This document shows, in pieces, positions 31,749-49,247 of a stretch of 64,000 nucleotides of DNA. Each line of letters begins with the position of its first letter. Positions within the stretch are counted from its first letter, which is position 1. Under the pieces are notes generated by a model. It was not told the origin of the DNA, searched no databases, and saw only the letters and a program-made list of their open reading frames with translations. The translations under genes and the position numbers were made by a program. The stretch lies in NCBI RefSeq assembly GCF_009914755.1, contig NC_060931.1. The stretch is one strand, 5' to 3'. The stretch comes from the human T2T-CHM13v2.0 reference genome, Homo sapiens.

Positions 31749-34118
31749 TAGGGACAGTCTCCTACTGTCATACAGGCTGGCGTGCAGTAGTGGGATCTTG
31801 GTGCACCATACCAAAGTGTTGCAGCCTGGAACTCCTAGGCTCAAGGCATCTCCAGGAGCGCGCCACAAGCCTGGCTGATTTTTTTTTTTTTTTTGGTAGA
31901 CAGAGTCTCGCTATGTTGCCCAGGCTGGTCTCAAACTCCTGAGCTCAAGCCATCCTCCTGCGTTGACCTCCCAAAGTGCTGGGATTACAGGGGAGAGCTG
32001 CTGCGCCCAGCCCAGTCTACTCCCTCGAGTTCCCTGTCCAGAGACCCACATCTGGAGCAGGGTGGGGAGTCAGAGCAGGTCCCAGCCCACGCTCTAGGGC
32101 TCAGCTCAGATGATGTGAGCCTGGGGCAGCACCTCTGGGCATAGTGGGCTCTGGCTGGCAGGACAGGACAGGCTGGCCCAGATCTGGGGGTCTCTGCTGG
32201 GTGTTAGATTTGTGGAGTCTTTGTGCTGCTTCTGGGGTGGTGGGGCAATTCTGGGCCTCTCCAGGCCTGTCCTGCCTTTTCTTTTTTTTTTTAGATGGAG
32301 TCTCACTCTGTCAGCCAGGCTGGAGTGCAATGGCATGATCTCAGCTCACTGCAAGCTCCGCCTCCCGGGTACAAGCGATTCTCAGGCCTCAGCCTCCTAA
32401 GTGGGATTACAGGCACCTGTCACCACGCCTGGCTAATTTTTGTATTTTTAGTAGAGTCAGGCTTCCTCCATGTTGGCCATGCTGGTCTCAAATTCTGAAA
32501 GAGGAGAATTGCCTGAACCTAGGAGGTGGAGGCTGCAGCGAGCTGAGATTGCACCACTGCACTCCAGCCTGGGCAACAAAGTGAGACTCGGTCTCAAACA
32601 AACAAAAAGGCAGGACAGGCCTGGAACTGCCCCTCCCCCCCAGGACGGGTGTTGTCTAGGGCTTGCTGACCTCACAGTCTGTGAGATCAGGCAGCCCCGG
32701 GCCTTGGCTGCCCAGGAGTGAATTATTTCCAGGCGCCATCATCACTCCGACTATAGAATCAACAGGATTTGACAGGTGCAGCTTTCGACTGCTCTGTTGA
32801 GAGGGTGGAGACAGAAGCAAAAGCTGCCCACAGAAAGGCGACAGGGAACCCCAGAGCTAGGTCCCAAGAGCCTCTTGGTGATGGAGGAGAGCCACCAAGG
32901 GACAGGAGGGTTGGGGGAACTGGAGCTCCGGCCCAGGGACAGAGCCCCAAACCACCTCCAGCCCAGGCACAGAGCCCCAGACCACCGAAGCCCTATGCCA
33001 CCATGGCAGAGCCCAGGGCAGGGCAGGGGTCAGGCTGGCCCCCCCAAACACCTCCCCACCATTCCCACATGCATACACCAGGACCTGGGGGGTTGCAACA
33101 GTGCCAGAGGTCACGGGTTGGCAGGGGAGGGAGAGGAGGAAGAAAGCAGAAGAGCAGAGGGATGCGGGTGAGGCTGGGCTTGTCTCAGACAGTCTGGCAC
33201 TAGCCCTCAAAGCTCAGAATCCCTGATATGGGGGCTAAGCCCCACTGCCATACTGCCCCTCCCAGGGAAATTGCCCCCCAGGGAATATGGGGGGAACCTC
33301 TGAGTGTAGCTCCCCTGGGGCCTGGAGGGCATATCAAGACATGGGGGATAGTGAACAGCATCATAGCTCTAAGTGTCCCTGATCTGGCTGGGCGTGGTGG
33401 CTCACCCCTGTAATCGCAGCACTTTGGGAGGCTGAAGGGGGCAGATTAGCTGAGGTCAGGAATTCAAGACCAGCCTGGCCAACATGGCAAAACCCGTCTC
33501 TACTAAAAATACAAAAATTAGCCGGGTGTGGTGGCGCACGCCTGTAATCCCAGCTACTCAAGAGGTTGCAGTGAGCTGAGATCAGGCCACTGCACTCCAG
33601 CCTGGGCAACAGAGCAAAACTTTCAGGAAAAAAAAAAAGTGTCCCTGATCTGTAAATGTGTAGTGGAAACTATAGAAAGGCACTGCAGGCTGGGCGCAGG
33701 GGCTCACACCTGTAATCCCAGCACCTTGGGGGGCCTAGGCAGGAGATTTACTTGACACCAGGAGTTAGAGAGCAGCCTGGGCAACATAGCAAGAACTCAT
33801 CCCTGCAAAAAAAGAAAAAAAAAATTAGCCACATGTGCTGGTGCGCACCTGCAGGAGGATCACTTAAGCCGAAAAGCTAGAAGCTGCAGTGAGTTATGAT
33901 CACACCACTGCACTCCAGCCTGGGTGATAGTGCAAAACCTTGTCTCAAAAATAAATAAATTTAAGAAAAGCAAAGAAAAGGTGTTTCCGGCTGGGCACAG
34001 TGGCTCACACCTGTAATCCCAGCACACTGGGAGGCCAAGGCAGGAGGATTACGAGGTCAGGAGTTTGAAACCAGCCTCACCAATATGGCCAGGCGTCGTA
34101 GCACGCCTGTAGTCCCGG

Positions 34119-35469
34119 TGAGTCCAGAATTCGTGGGTTCTTGGTCTCACCGACTCAAAGAATGAAGCCGAGGACCTTCACGGTGAGTGTTACAGTTCTT
34201 AAAGGCGGCGTGTCGGGAGTTTTTTCCTTCTGGTGGGTTCATGCTCTCACTGGCTCAGAAGCGACGCTGCAGACCTTCACCGTTGAGTGTTACAGCTCTT
34301 AAGGCGGCGCATCTGGAATTGTTTGTTCCTCCCGGTGGGTTCGTGGTCTCGCTAGCTGAAGAGTAAAGCTACAAACATTCACGTCAAGCGTTACAGCTCT
34401 TAAAAGCGGTGTGGACCCAAAGAGCGAAACAACAAAGCTTCCACACTGACGAAGAAGACCCTAAGTGGCTTGCTACTGCTGGTTCGGGTAGCCTGCTTTT
34501 ATTCGCTTATCTGGCCCCACCCACGTCCTGCTGATTGGTCCATTTTACAGAGAGCCGACTGGTCCATTTTACAGAGAGCTGATTGGTCCGTTTTGACAGG
34601 GCTGATTGGTGTGTTTACAATCCCTGAGCTAGACACAAAAGTTCTCTACATCCCCACTAGATTAGCTAGATAGAGAGTGTGGACACAAAGGTTCTCCAAG
34701 GCCCCACCAGAGTAGCTAGATACAGAGTGTCGATTGGTGCATTCAGAAATCCTGAGCTAGACACAGGGCGCTGATTGGTGTGTTTACAAACCTTGAGCTA
34801 GATACAGAGTGCCGATTGGTGTATTTACAATCCCTTAGCTTGACATAAAGGTTCTCCACCAGACTCAGGAGCCCAGTTGGCTTCACCCAGTGAATCCTGT
34901 ATGGGGGCCGCAGGTGGAGCTGCTTGCCAGTCCCGTGCTGTGCGCCCGCACTCCTCAGCCCTTGGGTGGTCGATGGGACTGGGCGCCGTGGAGCAGGGGG
35001 CGGTGCTTGTCAGGGAGGCTCGGGCCGCGCAGGAGCCCACAGCGGGGTGGGGAGGCTCAGGCATGGCGGGCTGCAGGTCCCGAGCCCTGCTCTGCTGAGA
35101 GGCAGCTAAGGCCCGGTGAGAAGTCGAGCACAGCAGCTGCTGGCCCAGGTGCTAAGCCCCTCACTGCCCGGGGCCGGCGGGGCCGGCCGGCTGCTCCAAG
35201 TGCGGGGCCCGCCAAGCCCACGCCCACCCGGAACTCGCGCTGGCCCGCAAGTTCCACGCGCAGCCCTGGTTCCCGCCCGCGCCTCTCCCTCTACACCTCC
35301 CCACAAGCTGAGGGAGCCGTCTCCGGCGTCGCCAGCCCAGGAAGGGGCTCCCACAGTGCAGCGGCGGGCTGAAGGGCTCCTCAAGTGTCGCCAAAGTGGG
35401 AGCCCAGGCAGAGGAGGCGCCGAGAGCGAGCGAGGGCTGCGAGGACTGCCAGTACGCTGTCACCTCTCA
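34119..35469 (-). mobile_element. ERV9 solo LTR (LTR12C/D/E type), full length, inserted into an Alu
   Basis: The minus strand starts TGAGAGGTGACAGCG and ends AAGAACCCACGAATTCTGGACTCA; tandem CCAAT repeats; 4-bp TSD ccgg/ccag; host Alu halves share their own TSD (aaagaaaaggtgtt). Confidence 0.95.
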
Positions 35470-35697
<228 letters not shown>

Positions 35698-36871
35698 TTA
35701 CAGAGGGGAACTTGAGGCCTGACTGGGACTGCATTTGGCCAGGGTCACCCAGCAGGTCTGGGCAGGGCAGGAGCAGGGTGCGTGCACTCCACCCCAAAGG
35801 GTGCACTGTTCTACCCATCAACCGATGCCCTGGGTGCCAGCGCTGAGGAGGCCAGGGATGGAGACCCACGCATAAGCAGAGATCACTCCATTCCTGGCAC
35901 GCTCCTCCTGGTCGAGACCTCTGGTTCTCTTTCCCTTTCCAACTCGCCAGGTGACTTTGGACCTCGCTTTGCCCATCTAACTGTGCCTCCCAAGGACGAG
36001 CCATATTTTCATGGGCTGCTTACAAGAGACAGCCCTGCCAACCGCCAGTTGGTGCTGGGAGAGTTGGCAGTGTGACAAATGCCGGGAATCCCTGGCTTGG
36101 CTGAGAAGGGACGGCTCTGGATCAATAACAGACTCGTGGGATGGCCTCGGGCAGGAGCACGAGGGTGGCAGAGCCTCCCTGGCTGGCCTGCAAACAAAAA
36201 GCAAGTGTCCAGCCAGGGCTCTCGACTCAGCCCAGGGAGAAAAGAGCACAGCTGGGGACCCTGGGAAAAACAGACTCCCTCTGGGCGGGGTTCCTATAGC
36301 ATAACAGCCCCTCCCACCCTTCTTCTCAGCTGGGTACAGCAGCTGCCCTGCCTAAGATGACAGTGATGGTATCAGCAGCTGACTCTGGTAGAAGGAAGTC
36401 TTCCCCCTCCCTGCCCACCGCCCCAGGACTGAACAAGGGGGCAGAGCCTGCCAGGAGGGATTGGGGTTAAAGAATGAATCAAGGCCAGGCGCAGTGGCTC
36501 ATGCCTGTAATCCCAGCACTTTGAGAGGTTGAATCGGGAAGATCGCTTGAGCCCAGGAGTTCAAGACCAACCTAAGCAACATAGTGAGTCCCCATCTTTA
36601 CCAAAAACGTTTTTAAAAATTAGCTGGGGCTGGACACAGTGACTCACACCTGTAATCCCAGCACTTTGGGAGGCTGAGGCAGGTGGTTCATCTGAGGTCA
36701 GGAGTTCAAGACCAGCCCTAACCAACATGGCGAAACCCTATCTCTACTAAAAATACAAAAATTAGCTAGATGTGGTGGTGCTTGCCTGTAATCCCAGCTA
36801 CTCAGGAGGCTGAGGCAGGAAAATCGCTTGAACCTGGGAAGCAGAGGTTGCAGTGAGCCAAGATTGTGTCA

Positions 36872-37120
<249 letters not shown>

Positions 37121-37410
37121 CTACTTGGGAGGCTAAGGCGGGAGAATCTCTTAAGCCCAGGAGTTCGAAGCTACAGTGAGCTATGGACATGCCACTGCAC
37201 TCCAGCCTGGGTGACAGAGCAAGACCTTGTCTCTAAAAAAAATAAAGAATTGATTGAGGCGGCAGGAGTAGCTCCATGTTTAGGAAAAAGCCAGCCGGGC
37301 GAGGTGGCTCACACCTGTAATCCCAGCACTGTGGGAGGCCGAGGCAGGCGGATCACCTGAGGTCAGGAGTTCAAGACCAGCCTGGCCAACAGGGTGAAAC
37401 CCCATCTCTA

Positions 37411-37689
<279 letters not shown>

Positions 37690-38205
37690 TCAGTTTCCAT
37701 TCTGAGACTTCACTTCTGGGGGACCTCTGGTTGTCTGTTGGTGTTGTCAGTCCCATGCAGGGTGACGATCTAGGGGGAGTCATGAATAGTGGAAGCTACC
37801 CAGGTCCCCTAACAATCGTAGGAAGACCAAAGTCCCAGGGGGACTTGAGGATATGCAGATATTTCTGTGCATGACCAACAAGGGCCTGGGTGAGAAAGGC
37901 CTTCAGTCTGGCCCCTGACCCCACTAAGTAACCCCTTTTTTCCCTATGTCGTTCTGCTCTCCATATGATGGGCTCCTCAAAGTCCTCTTAGGAATGGCTG
38001 GGAGCGTCTATGTCTTCAGGCTGGTGGGACCACAGGATAAGGAGGTTGAAAACTTAATCAGGTGGATGGATGACAAAGAGGTCACTCCCGCCGGGTGCAG
38101 TGGCTCACACCTGTAATCTAGCACTTTGGGAGGCCGAGGCGGACGGATCACTTGAGCTCAGCAGTTCAAGACCACCCTGGGCAACATGGTGAAACCCAGT
38201 CTCTA

Positions 38206-38391
<186 letters not shown>

Positions 38392-38471
38392 TCAGCCAGC
38401 GCAGTGGCTCACACCTGTAATCCCAGCACTTTGGGAGGCTGAGGCAGGCAGATCACGAGGTCAGGAGTTCA

Positions 38472-38714
<243 letters not shown>

Positions 38715-39814
38715 TCACTCCCTTCTTTGGGTTCACCTACCCTCTCTTGGCCCTCATGCCCTCACTGGACCCCTCGTGAGTTCCCATCTGCCCCACTGAT
38801 TCTGTCCCTCCCTGACTCAGCTCCACTACCTGACTGTACCCCTCCCAACACCAAGTCCCTCCTCGCACAGGAAATCCGTTCTTTCTTTCTTTTTTTTCTT
38901 TTCTTTTTTTGAGACAGAGTCTCGCTCTATTGCCCAGGCCAGAGTGCAGTGGTACCATCTTGGCTCACTGCAGCCTCCTCCCAATGGGTTCAAGTAATAC
39001 TTGTGCCTCAGCCTCCAGATTAGCTGGGATTACAGGTGTGCACCACCATACCCAGCTAATTTTTGTATTTTTAGTAGAGACGGGGTTGCACCATGTTGGC
39101 TAGTCTGGTCTTGAACTCCTGACCTCAGGTGATCCGCCCGTCTTGGCCTCCTGAAGTGCTGAGATTATAGGCATGAGCCACCGTGCTTGGCTTCTTCTTT
39201 TCTTTTTGTTTTCTTTTTTAGAGACCAGGTCTCACTCTGTCTCCAGGCTGGAGTACACTAGTGAGATCATAGCTCACTGCAACCTCCAACTCCTGGGCTC
39301 AAGCAATCCTCCTGTCCAGCCTTCCGAGTAGCTGGGACAACAGGTGTGCGCCACTATACCTGGTAAGTTTCTAATTTTTTGTAGAGATGCGGGTCTCACT
39401 ATGTTGCCCAGGGAGGTCTCGAACTCCTGGAATCAAGTGATCCTCCTGCCTCCACCTCCCAAAGTGTTGGGATTACAGATGTGAGCCGCCTCACCTGGCC
39501 TTTCTTGGAGTTCACCCGTCTTCCCTGAGCTCCCACCCCATGACTGCACTTCCTCACTTCCCCACTCTCCCCTCCCTTGTTTGAGGCCCCTCCCCTCTCT
39601 GAATTCCACCCCACCTGTCTCTGAACCCTGATGCCCAAACTATCCCTTTGTAATTCCTCCCGTGGCCCCAAAGACCCCTCTTCTCCAGGTCTGCCCAGCC
39701 TGAAAGCCTTGAACCCTGGGAGCAGCCCCACAGACCGATCCCCTCAGCAGGGGGTAGTGGGCTCTGGGTGGGAGAAAGATAAATCAATCCCCACCCGGGC
39801 TCAAGTCAAGATCA

Positions 39815-40384
<570 letters not shown>

Positions 40385-40387
40385 TTA

Positions 40388-41002
<615 letters not shown>

Positions 41003-41248
41003 CTAATCAGAACTGGCACATTTTAGGAGGCACCTGCTAGCTGCCAATCACTCGTTAGCTTATTAAATCCTCATAGCAACCCCACTCCACTGAGCGGCAG
41101 CACGGGATCGCAGTTATGGTTGCAGGAACTCATGTCACACTGCCTGGGTTCAATCCCACTTGGCCACTTACTTCTTAGCTGTGGGACCTTGGGCATGTTG
41201 CTAAGTCTCAGTTTCCTCATCTGCAAATGATGCAACTATATGAATTAA

Positions 41249-41755
<507 letters not shown>

Positions 41756-43329
41756 GAGATGGGGTTTCTTTATGTTGGTCAGGATGGTCTCTAACTCCCG
41801 ACCTCAGGTGATCCACCCATCTCGGCCTCCCAAAGTGCTGGGATTACAGGCATGAGACACCATGCCTGGCTTTTTTTTTTTTTTTTTTGAGACAGGATCT
41901 TGCTCAGTTGCCCAGGCTGGAGTGCCATGGCACCATTACAGCTCACTACAGCCTCGAATTCTTGGACTCCAGCTACCCTCCTACCTCAGCCTCCCAAGTA
42001 GCCGGGACCACAAGCATTTGTCAATATGCCTGGCTAATTTTGTAATTTTGGTAGAGATAGGATCTCGCTATGTTGCCCAGGCTGGTCTGGAACTCCCAGT
42101 CTCCAGCGATCCTCCTGCCTCAGCCTCCCAAAGTGCTGGGATTACAGGCTTGAGCCTCTGCACCCAGCCACTGTGAAGTCTTTAGAAGGCTGCTGAGAGC
42201 CGATAGTAAGCACTCAGTCACTGCTAGACATTTTTGAGGTAGGTTGTATTATTCTCGTTTTACAGATGTAGAAACTGATCCTCTAAAAGGCTAAATACCT
42301 TGAGAGGTTATGTCACCTAATTAGGACATGGTGGGATGAGAATCCAAATCCTGAGCTCTTAAGCTTTTGTCCCCCAACAGCCCTTTATTCAGAAAATGAA
42401 ACATTGGGTCGGGCACAGTGGTTTTCACCTGTAATCCCAACACTTTGGGAGGCTGAGGCTTGAGGTCAGGTACTCGAGACCAGTCTGGGCACCACAGTGA
42501 GACTGTTTCTACAAAAAAAATTTAGAAATCAGCTGGGTATGGTGGTGCACACCTATAGTCTCAGCTACTCAGAGCCCAGGATTTGGAGGCTCCAGTGAGC
42601 TATGATTGCACCACTGCACTCCAGTACAGCCTGGGCAACAGAGTGACACCTTGTCTCTAAAAAAGAAAGAAAAAGAAAATAGACATTGCTGAGCGACAGA
42701 AATCCCACCTTTCTAAACAGTCAGCAACCTCACTGGAGCTGATTTTTAATTCCTAAATCCAGCCTTGATAGTGACTTGGGCAACTCAACTCCCTCTCGGC
42801 CTGGGATTATACAACTCTATGTCAGGAGATGGGAAGCGGGGAGACTGGGTGTCTTTATTCCATTTCTGACATCTTTCAGGACTGATGATGGGGGAGGGCC
42901 CTGGCCCTGGCTGGCAGCCACTGTTCGATTCAGTTATCATCATCAGGACCGTGGGAGGGAAGGGTATTGGAGCAGAGGACCTTGAAGGGCGCACAGGAGG
43001 CTGATGGGGCTGTAACACCTGGGGCATGAGGGCAGCGGAGGTTGGACAGGCAGGTTGGGACCTAGCTGTGGAGGGCCTGGGATACCAAAGAGAGGCAGGA
43101 CCTGGCCTCAGTGTCGCCAGGACACCAGATCTGCCCCCTCCCTCACTGTTGCACCATGGCTCCCGCGTGTAAAGTGATGGAACCCGTCAGACCCAGGTAG
43201 CCACCAGAAACCGCCCAGCTGTTGTGTGCATCGGGGGCCAGGAGTTTCCTCTTCTGCAATCTGGGAACAACGCAGACCTCCCAGGGCTGTTTTCAGAAGC
43301 AGAGATGTGTAGGTAAGAAAGGATAGCCA

Positions 43330-44100
43330 ACCAGTACGGGCCGGGACACGAGAGATCACGTCATTATTCAGATGGAGAAACTGAAGGGCAGGCGTGGGAC
43401 CAAGGGCCCACCACGAGCCCAAGGCTCCATCCTCCCAAGCACGTAACAAAGGTGGAGGCGGAAGACGGAGGAGAGAGAAGCGGGTGAAGTTGGGAGATAA
43501 AAGCTCCCCAGTGGCTGGAGGGCGGGATCTGCAACAAATGAAGCCCCGGGGCCGCTAAACGGGCCGATTTCGGGGCAGGGACCCAGGCCCTAGCAACAGT
43601 CCGACCATTGGCGGAGCGGGGACACGCTGGCCTGTGATTGGCTCTTGCCATGCCCGAGGGGAAGGCGGCCGCCCCCCGGGGCGGGGCTACATACACAGCC
43701 GTGGTCCCGCCCGGCCCACATCCGGGCTTCCGCGTAGTCCGGGCGCCCTGGCCTCTGCACCGTCCTAGAAACCTGTCTTACGTCGAGGAACCCGGGGGAC
43801 AGAGGCGCGCCAGTGCACGCCGGGGCCAGGGACGAACGGCTCGCCAATGCAAAGGAGGCCCCTCGGGGAGACGGCAGGCAGCAAAAGGCTTCCTTGGCCG
43901 GGGGTCTGGGCGTTTGGGGAGGGGAGGTGCTCAGAGATAGGGCCGAGGATGGAGCTCCCAGGTGGGTTGGAGGCGGGGGTGGCTGGGCTCGAGGACGCTG
44001 TTGGAGTCCGGGGTCTGGAAGAGGCGATCCCCGGGAAAGCCAGCTTCAGAGCCGGGAAGGGTCGGCAGGGGACCTACTGCAAGAGCCCCCAGGTTGGGGT
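43330..44100. promoter_or_regulatory. Orphan CpG island with promoter-like motif cluster
   Basis: High CpG; RFX-like CCTAGCAAC, two ATTGG boxes 30 bp apart, GC box, ETS- and CRE-like motifs. Confidence 0.7.
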
Positions 44101-45103
44101 AGGGAGGGGGCCCAGACCTGGGCCGGGAGGGATGCTGAATCCCCCGACCTAGCTCTGGGGCTTTGCAAACCAGCATCACTGCAGCATTTTGTGGCTCAAG
44201 GAATGGGGCAGGGCGGCCAGACCAGCTGTGGCTGGTGCGTGCGTGAGGCCCTGAGGGATGCGGCCAATGCTATTTTGCTGTTTTGTACTTACTCAGTTTC
44301 ATTTTGGCTCTGTCGCCACTAGGCGAAAGAAATCGAAGTGCTAACATACCACGGGGAGCAATGATTATTACTCAATGTGGCCCCGCCCCAGCAGCGGGAG
44401 GTGGCATCTGTTTGACCTTGGAGACTTGGACGGTATTTAGGGAGATTACATGAAAAAAAGACTCACCCCACAATGCTTGCAGTCAGCTACAAGCTGCCTT
44501 GTCCTTCATACCTTTTAGCCTTTATTTCCTGAGTCTATCTTGTCTGTTTCTAATGTAGTCTCCTGATTTAGGGCAAGAGAATATTTCTCACTCTTGGTCT
44601 GCCCACTACCCACAATCCTTGTCCGAGGATTTACTCGGCAAACTTAGCAGGCAAAACCCCTTGTCAACTTAACACTAAAAAATACCGTCTCTTGGAAGGC
44701 AGTCTGCTTTGATAAACCTAATGGAATAAAAAGTGAGTTTGCTATCTGGCTTTAAAGAACATAACCCAGCTGGGCATGGTGGCTCACACCTGTAATCCCA
44801 ACACTTTGGGAGACCGAGGCAGGAGGATCGCTTAAGCCCAGGCGTTCAAGACCAGCCTGGGCAACATAGTATAGTAAAACCCAGTCTCTACAAAAAGAAT
44901 TTAAAAATTAGCCAGGCCAGATAGCCCAGCTACTTGGGACGCTGAAACAGGATTGCTTTGAGTCCAGCAGGTGGAGGCTGCAGTGAGCTATGACTGCACC
45001 ACTGCACTCCAGCCTGGTCAACAGAGCGAGATCCTGTCTCAAAACAAAACAAAAAAACTGACAACCAATGAAACCTCATCTCTAAAATCTGGCTTCAGGT
45101 TAA

Positions 45104-45262
<159 letters not shown>

Positions 45263-46031
45263 TAGCCAGGCATGGTGGTGGATGCCTGTAATCCCAGCTA
45301 CTCGGGAGGCTGAGGCAGGAGAATCAACGTGAACCCAGGAGGCGGAGGTTGCAGTGAGCTGGTATCACGCCATTGCACTCCAACCCCGGGCAATAGTGCG
45401 AGACTCCGTCTCAAAAAAAAAAAAGGCTTTCATTTATCTTCTCAGCTCCTACAAGCCAATGAGTGGTAGGGTAATTTGCCGACCACAGTGGGAAGAACTA
45501 ATTTAACACCAAGATTGTGATTCCCCTAGTGTAGATCCAGTATGAAAGAAGTGTCTCAGGCATGCTTCTGGTTCCTGAGTTAACTCTAGTGAATAAGGTG
45601 GGCTGTGCTGTCTCCCCACCTCCCCCAGGCATAGGGGCAGAACAGCTGCAGACCACCAGGACCCAGTGGGCCAAGTGAGGATGTGAGTCAAAGCCAGTGC
45701 TTATTAAACCACCTAATACTGTACTTTTCCCATCCAGGGGAGGCAGGAGAGGATTGAGGAGGCAAATCCCCGAGCCCAGAAGACTCCAGTCAGAAAACAA
45801 GATGGTCCCCATGGGTAGTGGCCAATCCCTCTGGCCTTTCAGAGCAGTGGCTTTGGCCTTGTCCGCTTAGGTAACAGGCTCTGCTGCTGGTAGTTGCTTA
45901 AGAGCACAGAGTAGCCGGGCGTGGTGGCTCACGCCTGTAATCCCAGCACTTTGGGAGGCCGAGGTGGGTGGATCACAAGGTCAGGAGATCGAGACCATCC
46001 TGGCTAACATGGTGCAATCCCGTCTCTACTA

Positions 46032-46265
<234 letters not shown>

Positions 46266-46871
46266 TTAAGACAAAAAAAGTACCCCAACAAGGGCAGGAA
46301 ACAAGCTAAATGACATAGGCACAGACAACTGGACAAACCCAGAACGTGGGGCCTTGAGACTGTCAAGTAGCCTGGTCTCAAGCCATTATCAGGCCCAGGC
46401 GTGGTGGCTCATGCCCATTAATTCTAACACTTTGGGAGGCCAAGGTGAGAGGATCACTTGAGGCCAGAAATTCAGGAACAGCCTAGACAACATACCCATC
46501 TTTACAAAAAATAAAAATAGATTTATTGGAAGGCCATGTTGAAAAAAAAAAAAGAAAAAAATTAGCCGGAAGTGGTAGTGCAGCCCTGTGGTCCCAGCTA
46601 CTCGGGAGACTGAGTTGGGAGGACTGTTTGAGTCCATGAGTTGGAGGCTGCAGTGAGCTCTGATTGTCCAAAGCACTCCAACCAGGGCAACTGAGACCCT
46701 GTCTCTTAAAAAAAAAAAAAAATAGGCAAAGAAATCTAATATTGAAATGCAATTAATGAATTTTAATTGGAGTCTAGGTGGTGCGGGAGGGGGATTGGAA
46801 AAAGCTATCAAATGCATTCTGAGGACAATTTGGAGAAATTTGCATATGGGCTGATATTAGGGAATTATTAA

Positions 46872-47228
<357 letters not shown>

Positions 47229-48666
47229 TAAGGAGAAATATGAACATTGGGAGTAAAATGCCAACAGTGACTTTCAAGGTTCCACAACCCATAGAGGAAT
47301 TTATCTGCCATATCAAGGAGTGGGTCTGTAGCCAATCACTGTAACGTTCTTTTCAATTTTTGTGTTTGGGATTCAAGTGCCCCAATACCACCTAACTACC
47401 CTTTAAATGGAATTAAATATTCTAATTCAAGATATCTGTTTTGGGACCACCAAATTTCAACTATCTATATTTAAAATCACAAGGCCAGAGTCACATCAGT
47501 GCTCAAAGGCAGCAAAAATCCTATTTCAAGCTCAACCAAATTAGAAGAATGGATGGCAGTAGTTACCTCTAAGAATGGCAATTAATGGGTGATCAGGTAA
47601 TGGGCATGCTGGGAAGAGTTTCTGATAAACCAGGGGTCTGCAAACTACTGGCCAGAGGGTAAATATGTCAAGCATTGTGGGCTGTATACGGCCGCCTCAC
47701 ACTTTTGTAACGTGTGTGCACTGCCAATTCAAAAAATAAAAACCAGCTGGGCACAGTGGCTCATGTCTGTAATCCCAGCACTTTGGGAGGCTGAGATGGG
47801 AGGATTGCCTGAGGCCAGGAGTTCAAGACCAGCCTGGGCAGTATAGCAAGACCTCAATTCTACAAACAATCCAAAAATTAGCCAGGTGTGTGTGGTGGTG
47901 GTACGCACCTATGGTCCCGGCGACTCAGAAGGCTGAGATAGGAGGATCATTTGAGCCCAGGAGGTAGAAGCTGCAGTGAGTTGTGATCATGCCACTGCAT
48001 TCCAGCCTGTGCAAGAGTGAGATTCTGTCTTTCCAAAAAAAAAAAAAAAAGGCCCCAAGTCATAGTGTTCCTCAAATTCCTACGGCCTTTCCTCTCCAAT
48101 ACTCTGGATAACAGGATAACAGAGTGCCACGTGAGTCCCTTACATAACCTGAGATGTCTTGACTCATTGTCTTGCCAGTGTGATCCAGCTACTCTCACCC
48201 TAACTCCTCACTGACCACAGCGCTGTGTGGTTAATGAGAGGTACAGCTTGTGGCCATTCAGATTCAACCACGTTTATCCACATCAGAGTTGGAAAATTCA
48301 AACCAGTGGGCTAATTAGCAAGCTGGTATGCCACATGTTAATGTTCTGATTAGGCTGGTGACCACTGATTGTCAACTCCTAGAACAGGGTTACCCAGCTA
48401 GTGCTCAGAAGGTTGTTTCTCTGAGTAGGCTTTGGGAACTGTGCACCCAGGAGGGAGGTGCCATTCTTAGCCACTCAAATCACCCAGTGAATCAACATGC
48501 AGTTTCAGCTGACCAGAGCAGAGGCCAACGCATGTGGTCATCACACATAAATAGAGTGGAGGAAAACTGCTTTCATGCTTTGCTGTACTAGAAGGTCCCA
48601 CTGAATTACATTTATGGCCTCTCCACTCTACCCCTGACCTGAAGTTCTTGGAATGGAGACCTCTGA

Positions 48667-48909
<243 letters not shown>

Positions 48910-49091
48910 TAGCCAGGCTGATCTTGAACTACTGGCCTCAGGTGATCCGCCTGCCTCGGTGTCCCAAAATGCTGGGATTACAGGTATGAACCACCACACC
49001 TGGCCTAGTATCGGTTATTTTTAAAATTCTAGAATGCACTAAAAAAGAGGCAAAAAAGACCTTTACCACTGGTGCCTGATCTACAGACTGA

Positions 49092-49247
<156 letters not shown>

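Noticed and set aside
34530-34850. Regularly spaced direct repeats superficially like a CRISPR array
   Set aside because: These are the known tandem CCAAT enhancer repeats of LTR12 in human DNA; there are no unique spacers or cas genes.
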